DNA of 62,789 nt, filler included, from Choristocarpus tenellus KU-1152 (taxonomy: Eukaryota > Protista > Phaeophyceae), in the NCBI GenBank assembly GCA_964200185.2. It is 10 parts of 10 records of this genome, joined end to end, with 100 filler letters (N's around TTAATTAATTAA, not from the genome) between each part and the next. Parts side by side here need not be neighbours in the genome. Positions count along the whole stretch, not along the records: positions 21,261 to 45,600 come from CAXNAD020000217.1; 9 more parts are not named here. The stretch is one strand, 5' to 3'. A program made the translations under genes and the position numbers. The notes under the pieces are model-generated. The model did no database searches, was not told the origin of the DNA, and worked only from the letters and a program-made list of their open reading frames with translations. The stretch's first letter is position 1. The number at the start of each line of letters is the position of its first letter. Below are positions 24,821 to 39,500 of this stretch, one piece after another.

Positions 24821-27031
24821 AGATTGTGTGGATGCTTTCCGCCATTGAGTGTTTAGAGGTGGAACAGTTTTTTGTATAGGGAGGTCACAGAGGAGAAACT
24901 GTGAGGTTGACGTAGTCGTATTGCCTGAAGGGTGTACGGGGCTTGACAGGGAACAGGGACGCAACAGTGATTATGTAGACTGTATTTGAGAAGTGCTTCA
25001 ATGTATATACATATTATGTAGACTGTATTGAAATGGAACGTAAATATACAACTCGGTTCAATGCCAACAATGAACTCATCTCTGCAATCCTTCTAATGTC
25101 CATTTAATTTCTATTTCAATCCTCCCTCAAGTAGTATCAGAGGATAAATAACATGTGTTGTACTCCTGCTGAAGTCTGATCTTCATGGCATGCTTGGTCT
25201 GTGTCGCATGCTTGTCTTGAAAGTAGACATGAGTAACTTTGAGGGTCTTTGGGGAGGGGGAGGGGGCAGAATTTGTTAGCAGCATGGCTGCCATACCTGT
25301 AGTAAAGTAATAGGTGGGGTTTTGATTTGCAGGCCACAAATTATGTACTTAATTTCCGATCAGTTTCTACTTCAGATTATACCTATGGAATTACCGGTTT
25401 TTGTGTGAGTTCTTTGATTATACCTATGGTTTGTCCTTGCTGACTGTGTACCTGGTACTTACCTTGTTTTGTGTTGCTATGTGGATATTGCAGGCATTGG
25501 AGCATGCGTTGGAGACGGCACTCCAGCTGGCCCTTAGTGTGCCTTTGGCGGATGTGATGGCTTTCCCAAAGCTATGCAAGGCATACTTCTCTTTCTTTGA
25601 GATCTTGTTCCGAAACCACATGGGCATAATTGCTGCCCTGGACACTCCAGTGTTCATGCGTGTCATGCAAGCTCTTCATGAGGGGTTGCAGGTGAATATG
25701 AGATGTATTGCCATGCTTTGTTATCTGAAAGAGCTCACCTATTATGTTCTACAATAACTACTGCATTGTGTTTTGAATTAGTAAAACCATACCATAATCT
25801 ACCCTCCAAATTGTTTCTCAGCCACCACCCTCCTGGACTTAATGGCAGGGGCTAGATGCACCCTTGGCATCACAATGTGCCGCAGCGATTGATCACCTGG
25901 CAACATACCACTTCAAACACTCTGGAAAGGATGTCCCACCAATGCGAGCACTCAAGGCACACCTGGCTGCTAACCCTACCCTGCTCTCGGGACTGATGTC
26001 CACCCTCTTCAACATCCTCCTCTTTGACTCCATGTCTAACAATACTGCCAACCAGTGGGCAGTAACACGACCAATACTCAGTCTCCTCCTGGCAGACGAG
26101 CAGGTGAGGCATGGGGAGAAGGGGCAAATCCTCTTGTACATGACTGGTGGTTATGTAGGTGGTATTGTATCCTTGAGAACCAGTCTGTACTACGGTGAAG
26201 GGCTTTGGGCAGGAAGCTTTGCGGTAGTTGGTTGGTAGATGTGCGACAGTGAGTTGTGATTGGAGTAATATTTAAGATGTGGTTGGCCTCTACTTTGTAA
26301 TAAGAAATGTTGATAGTAGTTTCTAACGTGTACCCAATTGTAGTAGAGTAGAAGTACTGTAGATCACACGGTTTTGCTATGCTGTGTACAAATGAAGTGT
26401 TTGGGACACTTGGGCCCTTAGCAATTTTGACAATACACTCCTGTCAGTGTGTCTAAGGGAGTTGTTGTGTGTCTCTGTAATTTAAGTTTTTTTATCATGT
26501 TTCTCTGAAAGACATCCTGGTTTGAGGTGGCAAGGAAGGGGTGGAGGGGAGGGGAGGGAAGTAATGGTGTGATTTGCCTTACACAAGTTTTTTGGTGTAT
26601 AGGATCAACACTACAACCGCAACCTGTTTTTGTTGGGAGAGGGTATGTGAAGTATGCATGTGGTATAAAGTGGGGGCATTTGGTGTTATGTGATACGTAC
26701 AAGACCACTATTTTATGTTCTAGTATGTATAAAGATAGGTTTTAAGTGCTGTTTTTACGCGACACATGAAATGCCCAAGTGGAAAATATCCATGTGAATG
26801 GCCCTATGGACCCCCACTCACCCTCACTTGCCACCTTCCTGTCAGGCATTCTCTGCATACAAGGAACATCTCACCGCCTCCCAGGCCCCACAAAACCAGC
26901 CTCGCCTCCAGGAGGCGTTCTCCAAGCTTCTAAGTGATGTGCAGCCCAACCTCGAGTCCACAAACCGGGATCGTTTCACCCAGCGCCTTACAAGCTACAG
27001 ACTTGGAGTACGGCAGTTCCTTACAATGTAG
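22141..27031 (+). CDS. XPO7: Exportin-7 / RanBP16-17 family, last seven exons (22141-22236, 22786-22899, 23578-23676, 24122-24250, 25494-25691, 25849-26103, 26846-27031)
   Basis: Motifs [61 protein letters not shown] and NRDRFTQRL are typical of exportin-7; all borders GT-AG and in frame. Confidence 0.93.
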
Positions 27032-30000
27032 TGGTAGGAGGGGTGGGAAAGTGGGGTGTACTGCTTTGTGTTTCCTACTGTGTCTGCATTTTATGTACGG
27101 TAATGCAGTATGTTGTGGAAAGGGTGAAGAGTGTGTGATAGTGATGACTCATATTTTAGCTTGCAGGTACGAGTTGTGGATGATGAGGGGCAACCGTGGC
27201 TCTGTCACCCCACATGTATGTTGTGGTACCAGCTCTTTCTTGGTCTAACGATACTTTCGTCAACGGAACAAGAGCGTCGCTTACTTTGAGGTCGTGCTTA
27301 TCTATGTCAAAGTGCCCACCGGGTGTGCGTTGGAAGAGAGACTGCATGGAGGACATCGCAATAGCAGGAACCTCCCATGCTTTTATCACTGACGTTTGCA
27401 ACAAAGGCAGAGGTAGAGAGCAGTGGTATGCAATGGTCTGTTTTCCTTGTCTCATCTCGATGTCTTAGTTCACTCTATCCCTGATGCAAGCTCAATGGTA
27501 TCATGTATTTTGAGGTTCTGAAGAGATTGAGTGAGCACCATGGCCTCTCAGTTGCATGTCGACCGTCCATCTATATCTACAAGATGGACCTGAGATAGGT
27601 ATATGGAGTTGTCTTTTGAAGTCAAAAGTTGGGGCACTAGAAATTAGGGGGGTTACGGACCAACAATGCAAGCATATCATTTTGGATAGGGGAGGGGAGG
27701 TTGTTGCAGGTATAGTGGATGATGAGGCAGGCCTATATTGCAGGTGGTATGTGTGTGAGCTGCAAGGGTAGTTGTATCACCCAAAGAGTTTAAACGGCAC
27801 CAGATTGATGTCGTTTGTGAGCAAACAGCCAACTGAGGACAGTTACTCGGTCCAAAGAGGGGGATAGTATGAATGAGGGATAAATTGTGGGTGAGAATAT
27901 GAGGTGATAACAGCAAACATTGTTAGCCACATTAACATGGAGAGATTTGGGACGGGAGGAGAATTGAAGGGGTGGATGGCAGCAGGTATGCATTTTGGTG
28001 TGTGGTGTTGTTAGATGACCTCTTGTCAAGTGTAGCAGAGACCTCAAACAGGAGGTCGAGTGTGATGGAGACCTCAACAGAGGCCACATGTAGCATACTT
28101 TATGTTCGTTTGACTACTGCATATCATGGCAGTCATGGTCAAGGATCGCTGCCCCCGCCCATACCCAGATCGTTGCCTAATGGCGTTGTTTGCTATTGTT
28201 TGCAAGTGAAAGAGAGGCCTGTGAACCTTCCTCATACATTAACAGATACACCATTGGCTTTTCACAAACACCGATGATGTTTTGTTGTGCTGTAGTGGTG
28301 GGAGTTTGCTCAAATCCCTCCAGGGAGGTTGGATGAGCTCGATGTTGCTCATCATTAAGTACTGTATCAGTGCTACCATCCTCCTCCTTGGAAAACTGTG
28401 TGTGGCACAGTTGACTGTGTTGTTTTTGAAATCTGTTACCGTGTTGTTTCTTTTTTGTTCAGAACACCCCCCTTCCCCCTTTCGTATCCCTTGTCTTGCC
28501 CCCTGGTGGTGGCACATCCGATTCCCTGCACAACTCCAGAAAGTGATGCTTGCAGTTGTTTGAGTAATGAAGGGCGGGAGACAGCAGTCATGCAAGAGTG
28601 ACAATGCTGTGTGCCTGTGATGCCACGCCAGTCTCTGTATTAATTTGTTGTGTTCATCGTGTGTTTGTCTTATTACTATCAGTCACTGTGAAGACAGAGA
28701 GGCCCTTTGAAAGCCGGGCTGGTCATTAGTTTTGACTGCAGCTTGCTTGGTACGAAGACTGAGAATTCTTGCAATATATATTGCTGAGCTGGAGAAAAGG
28801 GTTGGTGCTATCAGTGTAGGGAGGGAGGGATTATGGGGAAGATTGGGGACGGAAAAGTGTGCTTCATTATTGAGAATGGGTTGGTGTGGATGTTGTGCGG
28901 TTGGCTAGGTTGTGTGTACCGCCTGTCCAGCAGGCTGGGGACCAACCTCAAATGGCTGTGTTGTGCATTGTTGTTGACAGGAGTGTGGGTGGGGGGACCA
29001 GGGGGGGGTAGATGGTGTGGTGCACAACAACAAGCTTCCGCCCAAGCTCTTCTAAAGCTCAATAGAGGGACTTGACACCAATCAGTTGAGATAGGGCAAA
29101 CGCTTGTATTTGGAGGTATGGTATGGCCTCACTCCCAGACAGGAGGGAAGAGGAGGAAAAAGAGAAGACCCAGGCTAAGCATTAGTAATCAGTAGCTTTC
29201 TCTGCCTGCTGGATGACTTTCGACTGGGTGATGGTACACAGTCGTGTTGATTGTGTGCAATATCCTCTTGTTTGTTGTGTGGATGGACGGATGTGTAATG
29301 CAGCGGATATCAGTTACTGTTCAAAATGTGACAATGATGGGCATCAGATTGCTCTCAGCACACAGTAGATAGATTGTTTATTGCTGATGCATTGGTTGGA
29401 GTCTCACTCAACACATGATTACGTTTGTTGGCTTGTGTGTGGTCAACATGGAGAGGGGGAATGGTTGTTGTGCGATGCCGAGGTATGCCTGCAATAATAA
29501 CATACAGAGTGAAAACACTTTTCATCAACGACTGGGAGAATTGATTGAAGATGTTGAAGATAGCTGTTATTAAAAAGAGAAAAAATTCGAAGGGAGGTGG
29601 ATTCATAATTGGATGGATAATGTGGGGATTGGGGGGGGTTGCTGAAAGGAGGGTTAGACGAAACCTTCCCCTCCCTCCTCAATCAATATCTCTAGTAGCC
29701 AGAAATCAGTACCACTCACTGACAATTTTTCTGTCTACGCCTGTCTAGGGCACATTAATAACTACCGCATGCAAACTTATCATACTAATAATGCAGAGGT
29801 AGTAATTACTTGCTTGGACTCTGAATCCTTCTCCGTAGGAGACCAAATAATATTACGGCGTATTTTTTTCTTGTTCCCTCAAGATATTAGTGGAGCAGAA
29901 CTGATCCATTAGGTTTTGCTCTGGATTCCCAATCAAATATTGTTGTGCTTTTAGTACTATACTTACTTGCTGATTCCCTTGGAATAAAAAAGGAGTGATC

Positions 30001-30153
30001 CCTGCTTGGTGCACCTTCTATTATTGACACTTCCCTCTTGCGTGTGTACTGTCGTTATGGCAGTGCCACTACTCGAAGTAGGTACCTAGTCCTGTCACTG
30101 TATATAAATCAATCGTGTGAGGGGAAAATGCAAGTAGGTAGTCACCTTGTTCG

Positions 30154-30337
30154 AACCCGAAGTATCTGGAGGAGGGGGGGGGGTCTACACCAGGGTGTCC
30201 ATTTGGGTCAAAATCAGGAAAAGTGCATTTACATTATCCATCCAACTTATGCAACCAAATCACCCAAACAAAGATCGCGACATGAAAAAATTGACCCCAA
30301 ATGGACAGCCACCCCCCCCTCCCAGATACTTTGAGCC
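30154..30337 (+). mobile_element. MITE family B, full-length copy (184 bp)
   Basis: Termini AACCCGAAGTATCTGGAGG ... CCCTCCCAGATACTTTGAGCC, TSD TTCG/TTCG; partial copies at 17909-17966, 18067-18085, 45580-45600 and 56946-57036. Confidence 0.85.
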
Positions 30338-31211
30338 TTCGTCGCACTTCACACTCAGAAGAGATCTTCACTCGCACACATTGGTTGATGATTGGGTGGT
30401 CATCGAACCATGTTAATATTGTTCATTGATTGTTGTGTATAATATGTAGTCGTTGGCTCTCGCTCACTTCATCAGGCACACCTCCACTCCTAAATCCCTG
30501 TATCATAGTTTTTGACTGCACATGTTAACATCCAAAATAACAATACCTTCAACTCTCTTCTACTCCTACTACTACTTTTATATTGTTTATTTTAATAAAT
30601 ATTCAACCTTTCCTTGACACATCTACAAAATGTCAGACAAAAAACATAATACATTTTTCGACCAGTCCTTGTTATCTAGGTTCGATTTTCTTGTTGACAC
30701 ATCCATAAAATCTCAAATATAATCATATAAGAAATTACAGTTGACATGAGGTGTGTGTCCAAAATACTTCCATCATTGTGGTATAGATTTTATATTGAAT
30801 AATATTATACAAATAACTATTTTGGAGTAGATGGACTTCGTTTGACTTTCCTTGTGGCAACATGGACAAACCAAACGAAATTTATTTGTAATTTTGAGTG
30901 ACTGACTCTCTGTGTCTCTTTATCATTTTGAGAATAAGGTAGTAAATATCAAATAAATATCTTGGTGCAGTGAAGTTGTGCTCATACTACCGCGCGCACC
31001 CGCGCCCCTGTGAAGATATGTGGTGTATTGATTATGTCCAACCTACTACATCCTATTGAGAAAAGGTGTAATTACCTGTATTTGAAAAGGTGGACAGGTG
31101 GACTTCTGCCGGCATTCACTTTGTCCTGTGGGTAGAAGTGGTCCAAAGAGGAGAGGGGGTACTCGATCTTTATCTCTTCCAGAATCGGTTGTGTAAAATT
31201 GGTTTGGCTCG

Positions 31212-32761
31212 ATGTCTTCCGCCACAACTAATAGTGAGGAACATGGTTTGGAGAGAGGAGTAATCGACAACGACTTAGAACAGGTGAGCCTGAACCCGTG
31301 AGTTCGGGGTATGGAAAACGAACTTCTTTCACATCTTATGTTGAGTGAAGGAGTTTGTGGTTCTTATTTGAAGTGTTCAGGTGTCATAAAGTCTTAACGG
31401 CAAGCACGCACCCACACCCGATTATTTCCATTACAGATATTTCAAGCTCCTATGGATGTTTTGGATATGACTGTGGTCGGTACACCGCGAGGTACTGTGT
31501 TTTCCTTTCCATCCGAGCATTCGACTATTGACAGGGATGGGTTCGTTTTCCCGTCTCTCGACAGTCTAGATGGTGGGTATTCGACTTCGCTCGAAATTCA
31601 ACCTCTACCGGACAGTGTGGAGATGACGATGATCTTGACGTCACCAGGCACTGTATTCTCCTTGTCATCTGAGGATCAGCCCACAGAGGACGTTTTGGAG
31701 GCCCAATTACCTGAAGGCAAAGCTGGAGTGGAAGGATGGTGGACCACGGATTCCCGTTCGGCCTTCCTGTTCGGTGTTGTGCTTCCTCCGACCCTTATCG
31801 TACTCGCCTTCTGGTGGTTTTTGCGTAAGGCTCGAGCGAGTCGTTCATCGTGCGCCTTGCTTAGGCAAAGGCTAGAGCATGGGCTCCGTGCCGAGCTCGA
31901 GTCTGAGGATGCAAGTATCTGGGAGGGCTTGGTACCAGAGAGGAAGCGACAAGTGGAGCAGCGGCGCAGATATGTGGATGATCTACTAGACGCAGGATAC
32001 AAGGTGGGAAGGTGTCCCTGGGAAGCGAGGAGTAAGGATCTTCATCGGCTTGATGAGTGCATCAGGGGCCTAAGAGACCGGGCGGATACCCTGGAGAGGG
32101 CTACTGAGGAGTTGAAACTCATGGACCAAGTAGAGGGTGCCATGTACGCAAGTGCTTCTCCACCGGACGGATGGCGGGAGCCGGTTGCAACTGTGGGGAG
32201 TGGGGGGGAGGAAAGAAAAGAAATGGAAAGTGACGTATCCCCACCACACCTACTAACCAAGGTCCGTGTGCTCTTGTCGAGAGAAACAGTGGTGTATCGC
32301 AACGACCTTGAGGAGTGTTGCAAGAGACTTGAGGTAGAAGAGAGTAAGGCAACAGACTCTCTTCGATACGGGCTAAAGACCTGGGACCTAGGGATGATCG
32401 ACAAGGCCCGGTGGACACTCCAGACCCTTGGGCGTATCGACTTGGTGGTTGAGGGAAGGCAAGGTCGAGAGGATGTCCGAAGCAATTTGCAGGAGCTGCA
32501 AGAAGACCTCAAGGTGGGAAAGGGGGCAAGCTTGTTGAATGCCAACATAAGCTTTCTGTACAGCACATGTGATCCTAGTTTGTTTTCAGTTGCTTAATCT
32601 CCTACAACCTTTGTTGGACTTGGAATTGTATTGTGCATGAAGGAAGCCTAGTCTCATGCCTGGAGCTGGTTCTTTAAAACATTGTTAGTTGACCATGAAA
32701 TCATACACTCATGTGCATCCTAATCTTGCATGATATCCTTACCCACCCGTACTCCATCAAG

Positions 32762-32827
<66 letters not shown>

Positions 32828-34472
32828 CTCTCTCTCTCTCTTTCTCTCTCTATTATCCCTTTGATGTGCAAGAATTTCCAAACTGCTCAATGCAGTCATT
32901 GTTTCACACCTTTCCTCTTAGCCCACTTGAATGTTGAAGGCAGTACCACTGTATCCCTGCTGTTGGACCAAACAGAGAGCATATGAAGCAGTTGCAGCAC
33001 AAGACCAGATGTCTCTTCTCCAGGAAGCATGTGTGAAAGCTGAAACCTTCAGCGGCACATCATTGCCCGAATACACCGCCGCCAAAGATGCAATGGGCCG
33101 ACTGCGTGCTATGAAACAGGAGCAACAAGCAAGGAATGTGCTTCAGAGTCAAGGGATCCTCCCCAGAATTGAGTACAAAGTCAACCTTGGTACCCATCAA
33201 AGCCCTATGCTTCTCTTAGAAGACTCACAGAGCCATGAAGGCTCTGGCAGATTGGTCCAGGTTGGTGATGAGCCTTCTGCATTGAGCTTGACAACTGCAA
33301 ACACCATTTTTGCTGGAACTGGCCCTCCTGGTCACCTGTCAAACATACCCTCACCACAATGGGATTTAACTGCAGGGACACACCTGGCGGCGAGGTCCCA
33401 CTATCTGGACTGGGTTAACAGAGAAGAGGAGGAGAATCGTAGGTTGTGCGCAGAATACCGTGCGGAGCTGAGGCGCCAGGAGGCAAAACAGGGTAGGAGC
33501 GCAGATCTCCTGGCCCGCCTTGATATGAGGAACTCACTAGATGAGAGGCGACTTCGTCAGGAGGAGGAGAACAGTAGAGCCATGATGGAAGAGTACAGAC
33601 TGGAAAAGGAGGAGAAGAAGCGGGAAAAGCAGCAAGCCCATCTGTCTGAACTCTGGCAAGATGACAGTCACTTCCTCAGAGGCCTGGCTTGCTCCAATGT
33701 TGTGATGGCGGCTGCCACCGCACAGTACCTCAATGGAATTGGCCCAGGAATAGTACTTTCAGCACTTTGGGAAGCCTTGAGAGAAACATGCTGGGCTTCT
33801 GAAGTTGACTCTGCCTCGGATGTGTTTCCAAGAGGTGCTACAGCAGTGGCAAGTGGGTGCAATTTTGAGCCTGGAGGCATCTTCAATGATGGTACGAGGT
33901 GGGAGGAGGTGGGGGATTGTAGCGTAGATTCAGGAGTAGAAGGAGGGTTTCTTTGGAGGGCATTGACCACCATGACTTCTACAGTAGGTACAATTCTTTT
34001 TGTTGGGTACGAAACCCTTAGCTGGACAGCAACACAAGCACTCTCTCTAGCAAATCTTGAAATACCTTGTGAGGCGTGGGCTGTTTTGTTTGGTATAGCG
34101 TGGGGGTTGGGACTTCTGATATCCCTCTCAGTAGCAGGATGGATCTTGGGGAGTAGCCCTCTGAGGACTGCTACACTTTTGTCAATTATGGCCACCTGGA
34201 TCTGGGTTAAGTTCAAGCGGCTGGTTGTCTCAGCTTCATGGCAGTTACTTTGGTTAGTACCCTTTCCTTCACTGCTGTTGCTTCTCGTGGGCCCTGCTTT
34301 GCGATACCTTGAATCACAACTGTGGCCAGGGGGGCAGTGGCGATGGGGACGCTGGGATATGAGGCCTCTGCTCATGCGTCTTCTACCTTCCATGGTCTCA
34401 CTGACGACCTCAGTGGTGTTGGGGGCACAGATGTCGTGCCAAACGTTGAGATGGTGGTGCCTGAGTGCTTAA
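31212..34472 (+). CDS. Hypothetical ~880-aa membrane protein with coiled-coil regions (exons 31212-31283, 31437-32513, ~32976-34472)
   Basis: Two long ORFs (381 and 513 aa) joined by an in-phase GT-AG intron, plus an in-phase upstream ATG exon; one hydrophobic segment (AFLFGVVLPPTLIVLAFWWFL), E/R/K-rich helical stretches and several C-terminal hydrophobic segments. Confidence 0.75.
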
Positions 34473-36519
34473 GTGCAGTTGGACCAGTTGTTCATAGATT
34501 CTTGTTTGTGATGTAAAGTACAAGTGATATTGAAGTGGTACTCAGAAGTGCGAGGATGCTAATCGGACTGTGTCTCCTTAATTCACCAACCTTGGTTCAG
34601 CACGTGTGTACAAGTAGCAATAGTGTGGTTCCAATTGCAGAAAGTGCCTGTTTTGGAGGAACAATTGTGATCATGTATCGTGCTGTGTGTGTATTTATCT
34701 TTTATTTCAGAAGAGGTTTGAAAAGCAGAGTCCACACGAGTGCTGAGCAGTGACCCTCGTGCGCTATTTGTTTTTAGTTGCAATGATTCAGTCGAGTTTA
34801 CTGATTCAAGAACGATATTGTAGTTGCGGTTAGTTGATTTTTTCTTGCAGGTATTAGTGCAAGATGATTCATTTTTGAAAAAGCCTTCCTTGTTTGTTTT
34901 ACATGCGAATATGGATTTAATCAAGCACATCAAAATCATATTCTAATTTATTGAATACGTTTTAGCCAACTAGCAATGTACTCAATGAACAGATATGTCT
35001 TTTTTCAGCACTGCTCTTTTACTTTATATCATTAGAAAATTCGTTAAACAAGTTCCCTTTGCACTCTACTTCTGATAAGGTTGTATGGCTCTTGATGAGT
35101 GTATCACTCCAGACTCTAGAAATACGTGTGCGTATCTTCTTTCCTGTACAGTAAGCGTGAAAACCTTTAACATCCACATGTCTAGAACAATTGTGCTCAA
35201 GACTCATCAGTTGGGAAGCACTTACGATATCTTACACCCTCATCATATCCTTCTGCTTTCTGGTGATGGAGGGGGGAGGAACAACACTGCAACGCTCTGT
35301 ATAGCTTACACAAAAAGGTCTTCCTATAGAACATTCTAGTACAAAGTACAAAACCTTTTGTCAAGAGAAGTCACCTTCAAGGAATAACTCTTAAGTATGC
35401 ACCAAGGGCAACGTGAAGGGCATTACCCCCTCGGCTTGCTGTTCATGGGTATGTTGTGTTAGCCCCAACAGTTCGAGTTGAGCAACACAATCATTTTCTT
35501 CAACTGAGGTAGATTTGTGCCTCACTATGCCTTACCTTCACCTCTTTTTTACAACACTCTCTGCTCACTTTAAGCACTATTAAAACCAATAGTACAAATC
35601 TTGAAGAGGATTTATTGCACCTTTTCTTGTCCTATGAAGTAAATGCACACAATGCCTTAACCAGCACACCTCCCTGAGTTCACATTTGCTGTCTATCCAG
35701 TACAGGTGCTTCATGAAACTCGAAGCAAAACATGCACGACTCTGATTGGCACAATGATTGCTTTAAAACACAATTTCATACTATCCTGTTACACAGACTA
35801 CTCAAGTTAAGAGAACTGACAGGGATGGAAGGAGGCTAAGAACATTAGCTAAATCTTGTCTCTTCACTAGTATAGTGAGTAGTGTGTAGGGATCTGTTCT
35901 CACCACATTCTTCAACTAGCGAACAGCATCCAACAAGAAAATCATACCACTTAGAGTAGTGGGGGGGCAAAAACCACCTATTCACTCAAACATGTACATC
36001 CTAACGTGTTTGAAATGGTGTTTTATCAATAGAGACCAACATGGTGTAGAACAGACCATATATCCCACAAAAAGTTGAAATGTATGGAGATGACTTGTAA
36101 TGCAAAAAAACTCACACCATGAACTACTTGAACACCAATTATTGACAATCCCCCCCCCCCAAAAAAAAAAGAAAAAGATGTGCATCTATGATCCAAGGTG
36201 TGAATCGTCCAGGTTCATGAAAAATGATCTCCATGAAAAACTCAGAATCTATTCATCGCGGCAATCTTTTGTCTTAAAAAACAAGGTGAATGAATGTCAG
36301 TCTAGGAATGTTACGATTTTTCTGATCGTTGTCATTATTGTTTTGTACATGTCCCACATCTACCAGGAAATATTCTTACTTACTACCCTAACCCTTCCAT
36401 AGAAATTTATTATACCCTCACAGAAAGATCGAAGAAATGGAATGATGGTAGTGGGTAAAAATTATTCTCTGTGCAGTGTTGGATTGTATCATGCATCGGT
36501 AACCCCTTGTTTCCAAAAC

Positions 36520-39500
36520 CTATTCAAGCAGTTGTTCCAGGAACATTTCCTTACCCTCAGCCCCAGTCACTATGCCCTGCATTTCCACTCTAGCATCTAA
36601 CCCTCTGTTTCCTTCTGCAAAGTGGGTAATGATTGAATTGTACACATCCGCCATCTCTATACGTCTACCAGCATTGCCCTCCCTCAAGATCCCTTCCCCA
36701 TTCCCTTGCCCCTTCCCCTCCTCCTTGCCATGGTAGCCCAACTCCACCCTCATCTCCCGGGCCAGCCCTACAGCCTCAACAAGGTTTCCAACCCTGGCAC
36801 AGGCATCAATGACGGCACAATAGGATTCAAAAGAAGGGTGGAAGCCCTCACGACGCATCACCCGCAGCAGGCACATAGCACTGTCTATGATGTCAGCATT
36901 CCCGAGGGCAACGATCGAATCCTCAAAATCCTCTGCAGTTGGCCCTCTGATCTCAACATTCCTCTCACTCCAATCCCTACAATGCTCCTGGTCCTCTCCA
37001 TCCTCAGATTCCTTAGGGGAGCATGTTCTCCGTCCAACAAGAAGCTTCACCAGTCGTTCCAGTTTGGGACCCCAGCCAGCATACTTGGGGCGGCCAAGTC
37101 CAGCAACAGCTGCAGTGTATGTCACATTACTTGGGCGGATACCCCCCCTCCTCATGTCTGCCAAGAGAGAGAGTGCCAACTCCCAATGACCTGCTTGTGA
37201 GCACTGCAAATGTAGGTATATTATCAAGTTAATGATGTTTCATTTTCCACAGATAGGAGCAAAGCAGCTGCAGAAATATTACAGAGAGGTGGGGGAGGCT
37301 AGGCAATTGTTGTTATGGTCACACAATGGCTACCGTTCAACAGTGCCCTAACCCATGCAACATGCCCTAACCCATGCAACATGCCCTAACCCATACAACA
37401 TCCCCCCCCACTGCAGTAGATGATGCTGCCAGGGGTTGACTAACAAAGTAATTCAAGGCAAAATACATGGCCGCAGCATGCTTGCTATAAAAATACTATA
37501 AAAATACTATAAAAATACTTTAAAATTGAAGTTGAAAAGTCCAGAGTGAGACTGTTACGGTACATGAAATATTCCCAACTGGGAATGGCACCCTTGGAAA
37601 AAAACAGAGTGAACGTTACTACTATTGCTTGCTTGTGCACCCAAAATTGGGGCATAGATCATATGTCAACATGCACAATGACTCTTTCTTGGGTCATTTC
37701 TTCAACCATAATAATCCTTACATGTGATCTGTGGTCATGAACAGAGCCCCTCAATACATCGCCACCTGCAAGTAGTAACAGTACTACAGCCAACAACTCT
37801 CTCACTACATGGGCCAAACTGTATATCTGACAAGGGTTAACTCAAAACATGGAAAAAAAAAAATCAACATAAGGATGTATCGACCTTTGGAGACAAAATG
37901 TTTAATTGTGTCTGACAAGGTATTACAACGCATGTCAGATTGTTAGTCATTACAACTTCTTTCTTACCACTGCAATGGCAGCGTCCCAGGACTTGACCCT
38001 TGGATTTAACCCTTGCCGAAGGCTCTCCGCCAACAACCTGACAGCAGACTCCCAGTCCCCAACCTGAGCATAACCCCAAACAATTGCCTCAAAGCAACCA
38101 ATTGTAGGGTCAATGTCGTTTTGCGTCATGAGCTTCATGATTGACAACGCCTTGGCAGGCTCACCCACAGAGCTCCACCTGTCTTGTTGGTCAAGCAGTA
38201 CAGATAGCATGCACAAGTGAGTGGACATTGAACAGCTGATATGTAGGTTGTTCGAATGTCACCAGATAATGAAACAAGTAATCCAATGAACTACAATATT
38301 ATCAGAAACTAGTCTCAAGATCACCAATATAATGAAGATATGTCTGCTCATCCCAGTATACACCTGGTTGCATAGGACTGGGCTCACCAAAAATATCCAA
38401 AAGTTATCTTGGAATTCCTGCCACCATTGAACTGAGTGGGTGTAAGTACAACAAACACCCTCTACCACCCCATACCACAGAACCTCCTTTCACCTAGAGC
38501 TCAGGCTAAGGTTCTCACCCCCCAACAATTAGTTGTTTGCAATGCTGCATAATTGACCAACTCTGATACTACATTTACACTCACGCTTCGACTAAAGCCC
38601 TGAAGTGCATTTCATTCAACTCCGCACCACTAGCTATCATGTCATTGAGCAGAGCCTCCCCGCTTTGGATCTCCCCTCCATTGATGCAAGCATATAGTGC
38701 TGCAGAGTAGGTTACCACATTTGGCAAAGGTCCTTGGCACACACCTCCATCCCTATCCACTGCCCTCGTAGAGTTCTCCTTCAGTTCCCCTAGAAGTTCA
38801 AGGGCCTCTTTCACTCGGCCTGCACGGGCACAAGCGGTGATGGCACCCCCATAGCTCACAACATCCGGCAGAGCACCCTCTGACCCCATCTCCCGAAGAA
38901 GGTTCATCGCTCGTTGCCACTGTGCAACAATAGAGCAGGCTTTAATGGCAGCGTTGTAGGCTGCGGTGTCTGGGGTCACTCCCACGGAATGCATCTCAGC
39001 AAAGAGATCCATTGCGTCATCCACCCTGCGGGCCTTTCCACACGCATCGACTGCCATGGAACATGATCAGGTGGGGAGGGGCAGGGGAGGGGAAGGTGGT
39101 ACAAAAGAGAGGATAAGTTACATAACAATATTATGGGATGAATTATGGGTACCAGAGAGAAGTGTCATGTGTGTATACACAAAAGAGAGAATTGGACATG
39201 TAACACCAGCCCTGTTCTAGAAAGGGTGACTGTTGAGTCAATTTGACAGAATGACCCTTCTCTCAACTTTGCAGATGAGGAAAAGAATGCTACGGGTTCA
39301 GGGGACAGGCAGGGATCAATAGGTCGGCCAATCTTCTCAGGTCACTCACTGGCTGTAGTAAAGGTGAAAGCATTGGGACGGACACCTTCAGCCCGCATCT
39401 CATCCAGCAGCAGCAAAGATTCCTCGCATTTACCAGCAGTGGCACATGCTGTGATGGCTGAACTGTAGCTCCACTTCAGGTTAAGAAATGGGAAGGGCAG

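Noticed and set aside
27100-29400. Possible gag-like or gene remnants downstream of XPO7 (similarly 450-2500, 43200-45100 and 48400-50116)
   Set aside because: Only short stop-ridden frames with no diagnostic motif I could identify; probably old transposon debris, but not supportable without a search.
33668-34393. Long antisense ORFs (also 32042-32566, 36706-37200, 59564-60241)
   Set aside because: Shadows of real exons on the opposite strand with no independent motif.
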